NCBI GenBank assembly: GCA_022821685.1
Contig: JAJEDD010000014.1
Location: 109,604 to 173,603, forward strand
DNA: 64,000 bases
Origin: Acidimicrobiia bacterium
Lineage (GTDB): Bacteria > Actinomycetota > Acidimicrobiia > Acidimicrobiales > Aldehydirespiratoraceae
Direction: 5' to 3'
The translations under genes were made by a program, and so were the position numbers. The notes under the pieces are model-generated. The model saw only the letters and a list, made by a program, of their open reading frames with translations, did no database searches and was not told the origin of the DNA. Every line of letters begins with the position of its first letter. Within the stretch, counting starts at the first letter, position 1. Below are positions 8,922 through 17,322 of this stretch, one piece after another.

Positions 8922-10547
8922 TCACGGCGCGACTGGGTGATCCTCGTTCGCAGGCTGGCCGTAGCCGCCGCCGCCGGGCAGCTCCAGGCGCACCGTGTCT
9001 CCGGGCTGCAGCGTGATGCGAGTCTGGGTGGTGACCGGCTCGCCGTTCACCTGGAACGACCCCGATGCACCCGGCTCGCCGCCGAAGATGCCCTGGGGCG
9101 GCTCGGTGAGGCGGCTGGTCACCGCGTTGAGCTGCCAGGGCCGGGCCGTGTCCACCTCGAACTCGATCACCTGGCCCAGCCCGCCCGGCTGCGATCCGGC
9201 GCCCCCCGAGCCGGGGCGCAGCGCCTTGCGCAGGAACCGCACTGGCGCCGAGGCCTCCACCACCTCGATGGGCACCGCCGACACCCCGGTGGGATACGAG
9301 CAGGCATCGAGGCCGGGCTTGGCCGCCCGGGCGCCCACACCGCCCGCGTAGGTGAACATGGCGGTGATGAACGGGGAGCCGTCGTCGTGGTGGCCGTTCA
9401 CCTGCATAGTCCACACCGCGCCGGCGCCCTCGGCCATGGCCCCAGAGGGCTTCACCTGGGCCAGCGCCTTGAGCAGGGCGTTGGGCAGGAACATGCCCAC
9501 CACATGGCGGGCGGTGCCGGGCTGCGGGGCCACGGCGTGCACCACCGTCCCCGCCGGGGCCCGCATCTTGATGGGGGCCAGGCTGCCGTGGTTGTTGGGG
9601 ATGTCGGGGTTGAGCACCGACCGCACCGTGAAGGTGGTGTAGGCGTGGGTGTAGTTGCGGACCACGTTGATGCCCCACGGGCTGGCCTCGCTGGAGCCCT
9701 CGTAGTCGACCGTGATCTCCCCCGCGTCGGGATCGACCCGCATCGAGCACACGATGTCCACCCGGCTCCCGTCGGCCAGGTCGAGCACGGCCGACGCCTC
9801 GTAGCTGCCCTCCTCCAGCTCGCGGATGGTGGCCCTGGTGGCCGCCTCGGACCGCTCGATGATCTCGTCGGCCAGATCCTCTATGTCGTCGAGGCGGTGG
9901 GCGTCGCACAGCGCGGCCAGCCGCTGCGCCCCCACCTCGCCCGAGGCCATCTGGGCGTGGAGGTCGCCGGCCATGTGGTCGGGCTGGCGGACGTTGGAGA
10001 GGATGAACTTCCAGACGTCGGGGTTGCGCTGCGAGCGGCCGGCCCCGTCGCCGGACATGAGCTTGCAGATGGGGATCCACAGCCCCTCCTCGAAGCAGTC
10101 CCGGCCGCCGGCGCCGATGCCGTAGCCGCCCACGTCGGTGTGGTGGATGGTGGAGCCGAACAGGGCGATCAGGCGGGGCTCGCCCCCCGCCGCGGGCCTC
10201 CGCCAGGCCGGCACCAGCACGGTGACGTCGAGGAGCTGGCCCGCGGTCTTGTAGGGATCGTTGGTGATGAGCACGTCGCCGGGCGCCAGCGACTCCACCG
10301 GATACTCCTCCAGCATGGCCGCCGCGCCCAGCGCCAGGCTGTTGATGTGGCCCGGCGTGCCCGTCACCGCCTGGGCCACCATGCGGCCCCGCCGGTCGAA
10401 CACCGCGTTGGCCAGATCCCCGGCCTCGCGCACGATCGGGCTGAACGCCGACCGCTGCAGGGCCCGGGCCTGCTCGTTCACGGTGGAGATCAGCGACTGC
10501 CACAGGATCTCCAACTCGACCGGATCAAAACTGCGGATGTCGCTCAT
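8922..10547 (-). CDS. hyuB: hydantoinase B / oxoprolinase family protein
   Basis: The N-terminus DPVELEILWQSLISTVNEQARALQRSAFSPIVREAGDLANAVFD is typical of HyuB. ATG 10547 is preceded by GCAGGAG. The alternative ATG at 10577 lies 3 nt after the hyuA stop. Confidence 0.88.
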   Translation of the reverse strand: MSDIRSFDPVELEILWQSLISTVNEQARALQRSAFSPIVREAGDLANAVFDRRGRMVAQAVTGTPGHINSLALGAAAMLEEYPVESLAPGDVLITNDPYKTAGQLLDVTVLVPAWRRPAAGGEPRLIALFGSTIHHTDVGGYGIGAGGRDCFEEGLWIPICKLMSGDGAGRSQRNPDVWKFILSNVRQPDHMAGDLHAQMASGEVGAQRLAALCDAHRLDDIEDLADEIIERSEAATRATIRELEEGSYEASAVLDLADGSRVDIVCSMRVDPDAGEITVDYEGSSEASPWGINVVRNYTHAYTTFTVRSVLNPDIPNNHGSLAPIKMRAPAGTVVHAVAPQPGTARHVVGMFLPNALLKALAQVKPSGAMAEGAGAVWTMQVNGHHDDGSPFITAMFTYAGGVGARAAKPGLDACSYPTGVSAVPIEVVEASAPVRFLRKALRPGSGGAGSQPGGLGQVIEFEVDTARPWQLNAVTSRLTEPPQGIFGGEPGASGSFQVNGEPVTTQTRITLQPGDTVRLELPGGGGYGQPANEDHPVAP

Positions 10548-10580
10548 GATCGGCTCCTGCGCCTCATCGTCTCCCATGCC

Positions 10581-12677
10581 TCACGGTCTCGCGTTCCCCG
10601 CCGCTCTAGTGGCCACCAGGCTGCCGTCGGGGACCACCTCGGCATGCCAGCCTGGTCGGATCACGGTGGTGGTCTCGCGCTCCTCCACGATGGCCGGGCC
10701 GGCGAAGGCCGCGCCCACTCCCAGATCCTGACGCCGGTAAACGGGCACCTCGACCGGGGCCGAGCCGCGGGAGAACACCACCGGCCGACGCGAGGCAGGC
10801 TCGGGCTCCCCACCCGACACTGAAACCCCGGTATCGGGTCGGACCGGCACGCTCTCGGCGTAGGCCGACAGCCGCCAGGTAACCGCCTCGATGGCCACGT
10901 CGGGGATGGTCATGCCGTAGATCCGCCGGTACTCCGACTCAAAGGCCGACCGCACGTCGTCATCGCCAGCCGGCCAGGCCTCGCCGGTGCCCACCCAGAC
11001 GGTGATCTCGTTGCCCTGGCCCGAGTACCGGGCATCGAGCCCGTAGCGGAACCGCACATCGCCCGCGGGCACGCCGGCCGCCGACAGCACCCGGCGGCCC
11101 TCGGCCCGCAGTTCGTCGAGCAGTCCGTCGCGCTCGGCTGCGTCGAGATGGTCGAGCAGCCGGGGCATGGAGCGGGCCAGGTCGATGCGCACCGGCGACA
11201 CCAGCGTCCCGAAAGCGGAGAGCACGCTGGCGTTGACCGGGAAGATCACCCTGTCGCTCTCCAGCAGGTCGGCCACCCCGCAGGCGTGCACCGGGCCGGC
11301 GCCGCCAAAAGCCAACACGGTGACCCCCCGAAGGTCCACCCCCTGCTCCACCCCGTGCATGCGGGCCGCGGCGGCCATGTTCTGGTTGACGACCTCATGG
11401 ATCCCCGCCGCGGTGTCGATCGGCGACAGCCCCAGCCCCTCGGCCGGGCCGGCCGTCGCCCCGGCGGCTGCGGCCGCGTCGAGGGGCATGTCACCGCCCA
11501 GGAAGGCATCGGGGTCGAGCAGCCCGAGCACGACGTCGGCATCGGTCACCGCCGCGGTGTGGCCGCCCCGGCCGTAGCAGGCCGGTCCCGGATCGGCCCC
11601 CGCCGACTCCGGCCCCACCTTGAGTAGGCCGAAGCGGTCGAGGCGGGCCAGCGATCCCCCGCCCGCGCCGATCTCGACCAGATCGACCGACGGCACCGAC
11701 ACCGGGAACCCCGAGCCCTTCTTGAACCGGTAGATCCGGGCCACCTCGAAGGTGTTGGTGAGAGCGGGCTCGCCGTTCTCGATCAGGCAGGCCTTGGCGG
11801 TGGTGCCGCCCATGTCGAAGCACAGCAGCCGCTCCGAGCCCAGGCGCTGGGCATACCAGGTGCCGGCCAGGGCGCCCGCGGCCGGACCCGACTCCACCAG
11901 GCGGATCGGGCCTCGGGCCGCGTCGTCGGCCGACACCACGCCGCCGTTGGACAGCATCATCAGCACCGCGCCGCCGAACCCCTCCGCCGCCAGCCACTTC
12001 TGCAGCTCGTCGAGGTAGGGGCCGATCACCGGCATGGTGGCCGCGTTGCAGGCCGCGGTGATCATGCGGGGGTACTCGCGGATCTGCGGCGAGATCTCCG
12101 CCGAGATGCACACCGGCACTCCGAGCCGCCGGCGCAGGTGCGAGGCCACGGCCTGCTCGTTGGCCGGGTTGACGTAGGAGTTGAGCAGGCACACCGCCAC
12201 CGACTCCGCCGCCGCGTCGGCCAGCTGCGCCGCCAGCCGGTCCAGGTCGGCCTCAGACGGCGCGACCATCACCGCGCCCTGCGCCGAGGTGCGCTCGTCG
12301 ATCTCGAAGGTGAGGTCCCGTCCGATGGGCGGATCGGGGAACTCGATCTGCAGGTCGTACATGTCGTAGCGATGCTCGTCGCGGATCAGCAGGGTGTCGC
12401 CGAAGCCGGTGGTGGCCACCAGCGCGGCCCGCCCGGTGCGGCCCTCGATCAGCGAGTTGGTGATCAGGGTGGTGGCGTGGACGATGGGCGCGGTGATCTC
12501 GGCGGGCGACACACCGGCCTTGGCCAAGAGCTGGCTGACCCCGCCCCGCACCCCATCGAGCGGCGCGGCCGGTGTGGTGAGGGTCTTGTCCACCACCACC
12601 CGGCCCGAGGCGGTGTCGAGCAGCACCACATCGGTGAAGGTTCCGCCAATATCGACGGCGAGCCGCCAGTCAGCCAT
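10581..12677 (-). CDS. hyuA: hydantoinase A / oxoprolinase family protein
   Basis: MADWRLAVDIGGTFTDVVLLD is the canonical HyuA N-terminal ATPase motif. The long track form (start 12797) would overlap the upstream cupin gene, so ATG 12677 is chosen. Confidence 0.88.
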   Translation of the reverse strand: MADWRLAVDIGGTFTDVVLLDTASGRVVVDKTLTTPAAPLDGVRGGVSQLLAKAGVSPAEITAPIVHATTLITNSLIEGRTGRAALVATTGFGDTLLIRDEHRYDMYDLQIEFPDPPIGRDLTFEIDERTSAQGAVMVAPSEADLDRLAAQLADAAAESVAVCLLNSYVNPANEQAVASHLRRRLGVPVCISAEISPQIREYPRMITAACNAATMPVIGPYLDELQKWLAAEGFGGAVLMMLSNGGVVSADDAARGPIRLVESGPAAGALAGTWYAQRLGSERLLCFDMGGTTAKACLIENGEPALTNTFEVARIYRFKKGSGFPVSVPSVDLVEIGAGGGSLARLDRFGLLKVGPESAGADPGPACYGRGGHTAAVTDADVVLGLLDPDAFLGGDMPLDAAAAAGATAGPAEGLGLSPIDTAAGIHEVVNQNMAAAARMHGVEQGVDLRGVTVLAFGGAGPVHACGVADLLESDRVIFPVNASVLSAFGTLVSPVRIDLARSMPRLLDHLDAAERDGLLDELRAEGRRVLSAAGVPAGDVRFRYGLDARYSGQGNEITVWVGTGEAWPAGDDDVRSAFESEYRRIYGMTIPDVAIEAVTWRLSAYAESVPVRPDTGVSVSGGEPEPASRRPVVFSRGSAPVEVPVYRRQDLGVGAAFAGPAIVEERETTTVIRPGWHAEVVPDGSLVATRAAGNARP

Positions 12678-12694
12678 GCCGGGCCGGCCTCTGG

Positions 12695-13093
12695 TCAGCC
12701 CGTGTCGGCCAGGTCGGAGCGGGGCGGCGCGAACACGTCGAGGATCCAGCACTCGCCGTAGTCGTCGTCGCCGATGAACACCGAGTCGCCGTGCCACACC
12801 GAGCGGGGCGCCAGATACGAGTCGCCCTCGCTGAGCACCACCCGCTCGTCGTTGGCGCCCTCGGGACCGATGCGGAAGTCGAGCTTGCCCCGCATGATCA
12901 CGCCGAGCTGCTCGTTCTCGGTGTGGTTGTGCAGCACTGAGCCGGTCGCCCCGCCAGCGATGCGCCAGAAGCAGAACTGCAGGTGCTCGCCGGTGATCAC
13001 CCGATGCCTGAAACCGGGCCGGGCGGTCTCGACGAAGGCGTCGTCGTCGAGGAAGTGGCAGTACGGGTTGCCGAGACTCTCGGCGATGCTCAT
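12695..13093 (-). CDS. cupin domain protein
   Basis: 132 aa. It has a cupin-type His cluster (GSVLHNHTENEQLGVIMRG ... VWHGD). It sits first in the cupin-hyuA-hyuB-ligase operon. Confidence 0.75.
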   Translation of the reverse strand: MSIAESLGNPYCHFLDDDAFVETARPGFRHRVITGEHLQFCFWRIAGGATGSVLHNHTENEQLGVIMRGKLDFRIGPEGANDERVVLSEGDSYLAPRSVWHGDSVFIGDDDYGECWILDVFAPPRSDLADTG

Positions 13094-13132
13094 GGCGCTG
13101 CTCCTCCTTGTCTGGTGCCGAAGCCCGCCGGG

Positions 13133-13606
13133 TCAGCTCAGCGCGGCGAACCGGGCCCGGTCGGCTTCGAGGTCGAGGGGGCGGATGATGGCCTGGTGCT
13201 CCTCGTCGCCCCAGTGCTCAGGCGGCACCAGCCACATCACCTCGAACTCCAGGCCGTCGGGATCCTTGGCGTAGAGGCTCTTGTTGGGGCCGTGATCGCT
13301 CTGGCCTACCAAGACGCCGGCCGCGGCCAGCCGCTCGCGCATCTCGATCAGCTCGTCAAGGGTGCCGACCTGCCAGGCGATGTGGTACAGGCCGACGGTG
13401 GACCGGCCGGCCTGGGAGTCGCCCGCGGCCTCGCCGATCGAGAAGAACACGATGTCGTGGTGGTTCTGCGAGCGGGGCGCTCGCATGAAGACGTAGGCGC
13501 CGGGGCCGTCGATCACGGTGCTGAAGCCGAGCACATCGGCGTAGAACTTCTGGTGGCGGCGGGCATCGCGCACATAGAGGACCGCGTGGTTCATGGTCGA
13601 GATCAT
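13133..13606 (-). CDS. VOC (glyoxalase / extradiol dioxygenase-like) family protein
   Basis: 157 aa. MNHAVLYVRDARRHQKFYADVLGF ... HIAWQV ... SLYAKDPDGLEFEV is the paired beta-alpha-beta-beta-beta VOC pattern. Confidence 0.8.
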   Translation of the reverse strand: MISTMNHAVLYVRDARRHQKFYADVLGFSTVIDGPGAYVFMRAPRSQNHHDIVFFSIGEAAGDSQAGRSTVGLYHIAWQVGTLDELIEMRERLAAAGVLVGQSDHGPNKSLYAKDPDGLEFEVMWLVPPEHWGDEEHQAIIRPLDLEADRARFAALS

Positions 13607-13751
13607 CGCTGCGCAGCCTCCTCCCGCACCGGGGCTCGACGATAGGTCCGCTCCGTTGCCGCAACCTAACCCGGTGGAGCATCTCCCGCTGCAAGCTCGG
13701 CCTCTGGGGACCCGGTAGGGAATCGTCCGTTGAGTCTGGCATTATCGGGGC

Positions 13752-14402
13752 ATGGCCCTCGCGGAAGCCGCCGACAGCATCGACCGGGACCTCGCCGACG
13801 CCCTGGCCACCGAGGAGGTGTGCCGGGTGGTGGGCAGCCGGGTGCGCGAGTTCCGTCGGGCGCTGAACATGACCATGTCGGCCTTCGCGGCCAGCGCCGA
13901 GATCTCGCTCGGGATGCTGTCCAAGATCGAGCACGGCCAGAGCGCGCCCAGCCTGTCCACCCTGGTGCGCCTGGCGACCACCGCCCGGGTGCCGGTCACC
14001 GCATTGTTCCGCGGCCTCGACGAGGAGCACGACCTGGTGATCGTGCGCTCGGGCGAAGGCCACGAGATCCACCATCAGGGGGGCGGTCCGGGTCGGCTAT
14101 ACCAGGATCTGGGCGCCCTGCGCGGCCCCAACCGGGTGATCGAGCCGATGATCACCACCATCACCGAGCCCGGCGGGGTGTTCCCCCTCTACCAGCACCC
14201 CGGCGTGGAGTTCATCCACATCTTGGAGGGCTCGCTCGACTACGGCTACGGAGGCACCGCCTACCGCCTCAACCCCGGCGACACCATGCAGATCCACGGC
14301 GAGGTGGCCCACGGCCCGGTCGAGCTGGTCGAGTTGCCGATACGGTTCATCTCCATCAAGGTGTATCCGGCCAGCGAGCCGCCCACCGCGGCAGGGGGCT
14401 GA
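13752..14402 (+). CDS. XRE-family HTH transcriptional regulator with C-terminal cupin sensor domain
   Basis: It has an N-terminal HTH_3 region (VREFRRALNMTMSAFAASAEISLGMLSKIEHGQSAPSLSTLVRLA) and a C-terminal cupin_2 region (HPGVEFIHILEGSL...IHGEVAHGP). It is divergent from the VOC/cupin/hyuAB operon. Confidence 0.85.
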   Translation: MALAEAADSIDRDLADALATEEVCRVVGSRVREFRRALNMTMSAFAASAEISLGMLSKIEHGQSAPSLSTLVRLATTARVPVTALFRGLDEEHDLVIVRSGEGHEIHHQGGGPGRLYQDLGALRGPNRVIEPMITTITEPGGVFPLYQHPGVEFIHILEGSLDYGYGGTAYRLNPGDTMQIHGEVAHGPVELVELPIRFISIKVYPASEPPTAAGG

Positions 14403-14447
14403 AGACGTGCGCTCTTGCCCGCTGGCGACCCGAGAGGGGACGAGCCC

Positions 14448-14666
14448 ATGGGCCTGATGCTGCTGCTGGATCGGATCACCGACAGCGGCATCAGCGGCAG
14501 CTTGGTGCTGTGGATCCTGCTGGCCGGAGCGCTGGGACTGACGCTGTGGGAGTGCCGCGAGCGCGCCTACCGCCTCAAGGTGCTGCTGTGGTGGATGTTC
14601 TTCGTGTTCCTCACCCATGTGGTCGGCTACATCGTCCTGCGGCTCGTCCGGCCCCGCGATGCCTGA
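14448..14666 (+). CDS. small two-TM membrane protein (PLD-nuclease-N-terminal-like motif suspected)
   Basis: ATG 14448 is preceded by GAGGGGA. Two hydrophobic helices are present (SLVLWILLAGALGLTLW and VLLWWMFFVFLTHVVGYIVL). The track form starts at TTG 14415. Confidence 0.55.
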   Translation: MGLMLLLDRITDSGISGSLVLWILLAGALGLTLWECRERAYRLKVLLWWMFFVFLTHVVGYIVLRLVRPRDA

Positions 14667-14687
14667 CCGCCGAGCCTGGAAGCAACC

Positions 14688-15104
14688 GTGACCGCGCCGA
14701 ATCCCGACGAGAATCCCGAAGGCTCGAGCCCGGAACGGAGCGGGCTGCTGCGGCGCCTGCTGTCGATGTCGGGACGGGGCCGGCTGCTCATCGCCACCGC
14801 CATGCTCCTGCTAGTGGCGCTGTTCGTGTTCGACGGCTGCTCCGGCGTGGAGATCGACGAGGACATCGCCGTCGCCAACGCAAGAATCGCGCTCGAGGAA
14901 TCACCCGAGAGCTTCGTCCCCGATTTTGTGGACGTGCGGCTGATCCGCCAGGGATTCCCGCCCCAGCCCAGATGGGCCGTGGCCCTGGTGATCCGGGATC
15001 CCGAGGGCGGGCGGTCGTCCTATCTGCGCCGCGCCGCCGTCACCGTGGACGCCCGAACCGGTGAAGTGCTCGAGATCGACATAGCCGGATCCGACGAGGA
15101 GTAG
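14688..15104 (+). CDS. membrane-anchored protein with PepSY-like C-terminal domain
   Basis: 138 aa. It has one TM helix (LLIATAMLLLVALFVF) and a C-terminus ending AAVTVDARTGEVLEID, which is typical of PepSY-type domains. The start is uncertain (GTG 14688 or ATG 14766). Confidence 0.55.
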   Translation: MTAPNPDENPEGSSPERSGLLRRLLSMSGRGRLLIATAMLLLVALFVFDGCSGVEIDEDIAVANARIALEESPESFVPDFVDVRLIRQGFPPQPRWAVALVIRDPEGGRSSYLRRAAVTVDARTGEVLEIDIAGSDEE

Positions 15105-15149
15105 CGTCCGGCGAGGAGTAGCGTCCGACCGCGCCGCCGATGCGGGAAC

Positions 15150-15189
15150 GTTCGCGAACCCTGGGAAAGCTTCGCGAACTCCAGGAAAG
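15150..15189. promoter_or_regulatory. two tandem 20-bp repeats, each containing the palindrome TTCGCGAA, upstream of amt
   Basis: GTTCGCGAACCCTGGGAAAG / CTTCGCGAACTCCAGGAAAG. The TTCGCGAA copies at 15151-15158 and 15171-15178 are exactly 20 bp apart. They lie about 90-130 bp upstream of the amt ATG. Confidence 0.4.
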
Positions 15190-15280
15190 GCACAATAGGG
15201 ACCCGAGCCTCCATTCGTGCTAGTGTCTGCGGATTCCGGCCCAACCGGTCGGAGCGGACAAGAGAATTGGGGGTGAGTTC

Positions 15281-16684
15281 ATGGTCCTTGCACAGGCGAC
15301 AACTGACGTCGTGTTGACCGAGGCTTACTACTACTTCACCGTCGCGATCATGTGGCTTCTGCACGTGGGATTCATGACCTACGAGGCTGGCGTCAGCCGC
15401 CGCAAGAACATCATGTCGACGGCGATGAAGAACATCATGACCATTGCCGTGGTGACACCGACGTTCTACTACGTGGGCTTTTGGGTGTACTTCTGCATGC
15501 AGGAGGGCCTGTGGTTCACCATCGACGGCACCGGACAGGGCAACGCCGGGGAGGGCGCCTACTTCTGCGGCGACGGCTACGTCGTTCCGTGGGACGCCAG
15601 CTTCGCGCCGAATGTCGGAGACAACCTGACCGGCGTCTTCTGGGCGGCCTTCGTGCTGTTCTCGTGGACAACCGGATCGATCATGTCGGGATCGGTGCTG
15701 GAGAGGATCCGAATATCGGGCTACTTGTGGCTGACCGCCCTGATGGGCGGCATCGTCTGGGTCGTGGCCGCAGCCTGGGGATGGAGCTACGGCGGCTGGC
15801 TGGTCGTCCACTTCGGCTACCACGACTTCGCCGCGTCGGGGGTGGTGCACGGCATTGCCGGCATCTTCGCGTTGGGCGTGCTGTTCAACCTGGGACCGAG
15901 GATCGGCCGCTACGACGAGAACGGAGGCACACGGGTCTTCAAGCCCCACAACCTCCACCTCACCCTGATGGGGCTGATGATCATCTTCACCGGGTTCTAC
16001 GCCTTCTATGCGGCCTGCCTGTACATCCAGGCCGGAACGGTGGGCGGCTTCGTGAACATCTACTTCATCCCGACCACGCTGTCGGCCATCACCTACACCA
16101 TCACCATGGCCTTCGCGGGCGGCTTCGCCGGCGGGTACGTCTTCAGCCGGGGTGACCCGTTCTGGACCATCTCCGGCGGCCTGGCCGGCGTGGTGGCCGT
16201 CTCTTCGGGCGCCGACATCTACAGCCCGTCGCTGACCCTGCTGCTGGCCTTCTTCTCGGCCGGACTCTGCTACTACATCGGCGGCTGGATCGAGAGCAAG
16301 GCCCGCATCGACGACTGCGTCGGAGCAGTTGCCGTGCACGGCGTCATGGGCTTCTGGGGCGTGCTGCTCCTGGGCATCTTCGCCAGCGGGTTCCCCGCCA
16401 GCGGCGTGGTCGACGTCGAGACGTCGCTCCTCGGCCAGATTGTGGGGGCGGCAGCCTTGATACCGCTGGCCTTCTTCACCGGCTACATCGGATCGTGGAT
16501 CCTCAAGCAGTTCAACCTGCTGAGAGTTCCGCCCGAAGTGGAGATGGAGGGCCTCGACATGGCCGAGTACGAGATGGACTTCTATCCCGAGCACGCTCGG
16601 GCCGAAGAACCAGTGGTCCACGCCGACGGCTCCGAGGAGCCTTCGGCCGCGACCCTGCAGTCGGCCTACGCCGCCAACCGCTAA
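15281..16684 (+). CDS. amt: ammonium (possibly methylammonium) transporter, Amt family
   Basis: 467 aa and polytopic. The Amt signature region is DDCVGAVAVHGVMGFWGVLLLGIFA. GGGGGTGAG lies before the ATG. Confidence 0.92.
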   Translation: MVLAQATTDVVLTEAYYYFTVAIMWLLHVGFMTYEAGVSRRKNIMSTAMKNIMTIAVVTPTFYYVGFWVYFCMQEGLWFTIDGTGQGNAGEGAYFCGDGYVVPWDASFAPNVGDNLTGVFWAAFVLFSWTTGSIMSGSVLERIRISGYLWLTALMGGIVWVVAAAWGWSYGGWLVVHFGYHDFAASGVVHGIAGIFALGVLFNLGPRIGRYDENGGTRVFKPHNLHLTLMGLMIIFTGFYAFYAACLYIQAGTVGGFVNIYFIPTTLSAITYTITMAFAGGFAGGYVFSRGDPFWTISGGLAGVVAVSSGADIYSPSLTLLLAFFSAGLCYYIGGWIESKARIDDCVGAVAVHGVMGFWGVLLLGIFASGFPASGVVDVETSLLGQIVGAAALIPLAFFTGYIGSWILKQFNLLRVPPEVEMEGLDMAEYEMDFYPEHARAEEPVVHADGSEEPSAATLQSAYAANR

Positions 16685-16688
16685 CCGG

Positions 16689-16829
16689 GTGTCCGCCTCA
16701 TGGCTCCAGTTCGGCGCAGCGCTCATCCTCATGTACGCGGTGGTGGCATCCGCCGGGTACTGGGCGCAGCGGCGACGGCGCCAGCAGGGGCACCCGCCAA
16801 AGCGCAGTAACGACAAGACTCGGAAATAA
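16689..16829 (+). CDS. putative 46-aa single-pass membrane microprotein
   Basis: Below the track cutoff. My translation from GTG 16689 reads MSASWLQFGAALILMYAVVASAGYWAQRRRRQQGHPPKRSNDKTRK. It has one TM helix plus a basic tail, and third codon positions are mostly G/C. There is no clear SD, so the call is tentative. Confidence 0.35.
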   Translation: MSASWLQFGAALILMYAVVASAGYWAQRRRRQQGHPPKRSNDKTRK

Positions 16830-16840
16830 GGAGAATCCGA

Positions 16841-17062
16841 ATGGACACCTTCATGTACGACAGCCTCGATGAGGCCGTCGAGGCCGCCGGCGGCTATTCC
16901 ACCTGGGTGGAGGCCTCCGGTACCAATGAGATATCGGTCATACTCTCACTGCTCGCGATCGCCGTATCGGTGATCTCGATGCTGTTGATAACCATGCGCG
17001 AGGACAGCAAGCTCAACCAGGCCGCTGACCGCCTCGCCGACAAGTACAACGGGGAGGGCTGA
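16841..17062 (+). CDS. 73-aa single-pass membrane protein, hypothetical
   Basis: A strong RBS AAGGAGAA lies 5 nt before the ATG. It has an acidic N-terminus, one TM helix (ISVILSLLAIAVSVISMLLI) and a charged tail. Confidence 0.65.
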   Translation: MDTFMYDSLDEAVEAAGGYSTWVEASGTNEISVILSLLAIAVSVISMLLITMREDSKLNQAADRLADKYNGEG

Positions 17063-17065
17063 CCG

Positions 17066-17209
17066 ATGGCTCGACGCAAGCAAATCCAGTTCAAGGGCAA
17101 GCAGGGCCACGACAAGGCCGTCGAGATCGCCACGGTGATCTTCTGCCTCGCCTGCATCGTGTTTGTGATCATCGCTGTCAACGTGGTCGGCGGAGGCAAC
17201 TTCCGCTAA
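17066..17209 (+). CDS. 47-aa single-pass membrane microprotein, hypothetical
   Basis: Below the track cutoff. The ATG lies 3 nt after the previous stop, and GGGGAGGG is upstream. My translation reads MARRKQIQFKGKQGHDKAVEIATVIFCLACIVFVIIAVNVVGGGNFR. Confidence 0.55.
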   Translation: MARRKQIQFKGKQGHDKAVEIATVIFCLACIVFVIIAVNVVGGGNFR

Positions 17210-17236
17210 CCGTCTCAGCAGCGCTGCTCTGACGCA

Positions 17237-17273
17237 GCCGGTGCCGCGTCGCCGACGGTGGCGCGGCACCGGC
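17237..17273 (+). terminator. GC-rich hairpin ending the amt-microprotein operon
   Basis: A perfect 12-bp stem, GCCGGTGCCGCG (17237-17248) / CGCGGCACCGGC (17262-17273), encloses a 13-nt loop. It lies 28 nt after the last stop. There is no U-tract, which is common in GC-rich actinobacteria. Confidence 0.5.
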
Positions 17274-17322
17274 TCGCGCCGAGCGGTATTGAGAGCGTGC
17301 GCGGGTAGGTGCAAGCCCGCGT

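Noticed and set aside
8937-10823. Very long ORFs antisense to, or out of frame with, the called genes. Examples are 8937..10823(+), 8773..10503(-), 15020..16816(-), 41126..43411(-), 53045..55672(-), 54580..55995(+), 61489..63588(+) and 46908..48323(+).
   Set aside because: Their translations are Arg/Pro/Gly/Ala-rich low-complexity strings with no recognisable motifs. They overlap ORFs with clear family signatures. This is the typical shadow-ORF effect of very high GC, where stop codons are rare in all frames.
15150-15189. Calling the amt upstream repeats a GlnR box or an AmtR box.
   Set aside because: The half-sites only loosely resemble published consensus sequences (gTnAc-N6-GaAAc; CTAT-N6-ATAG). 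I report the repeats but do not assign the regulator.
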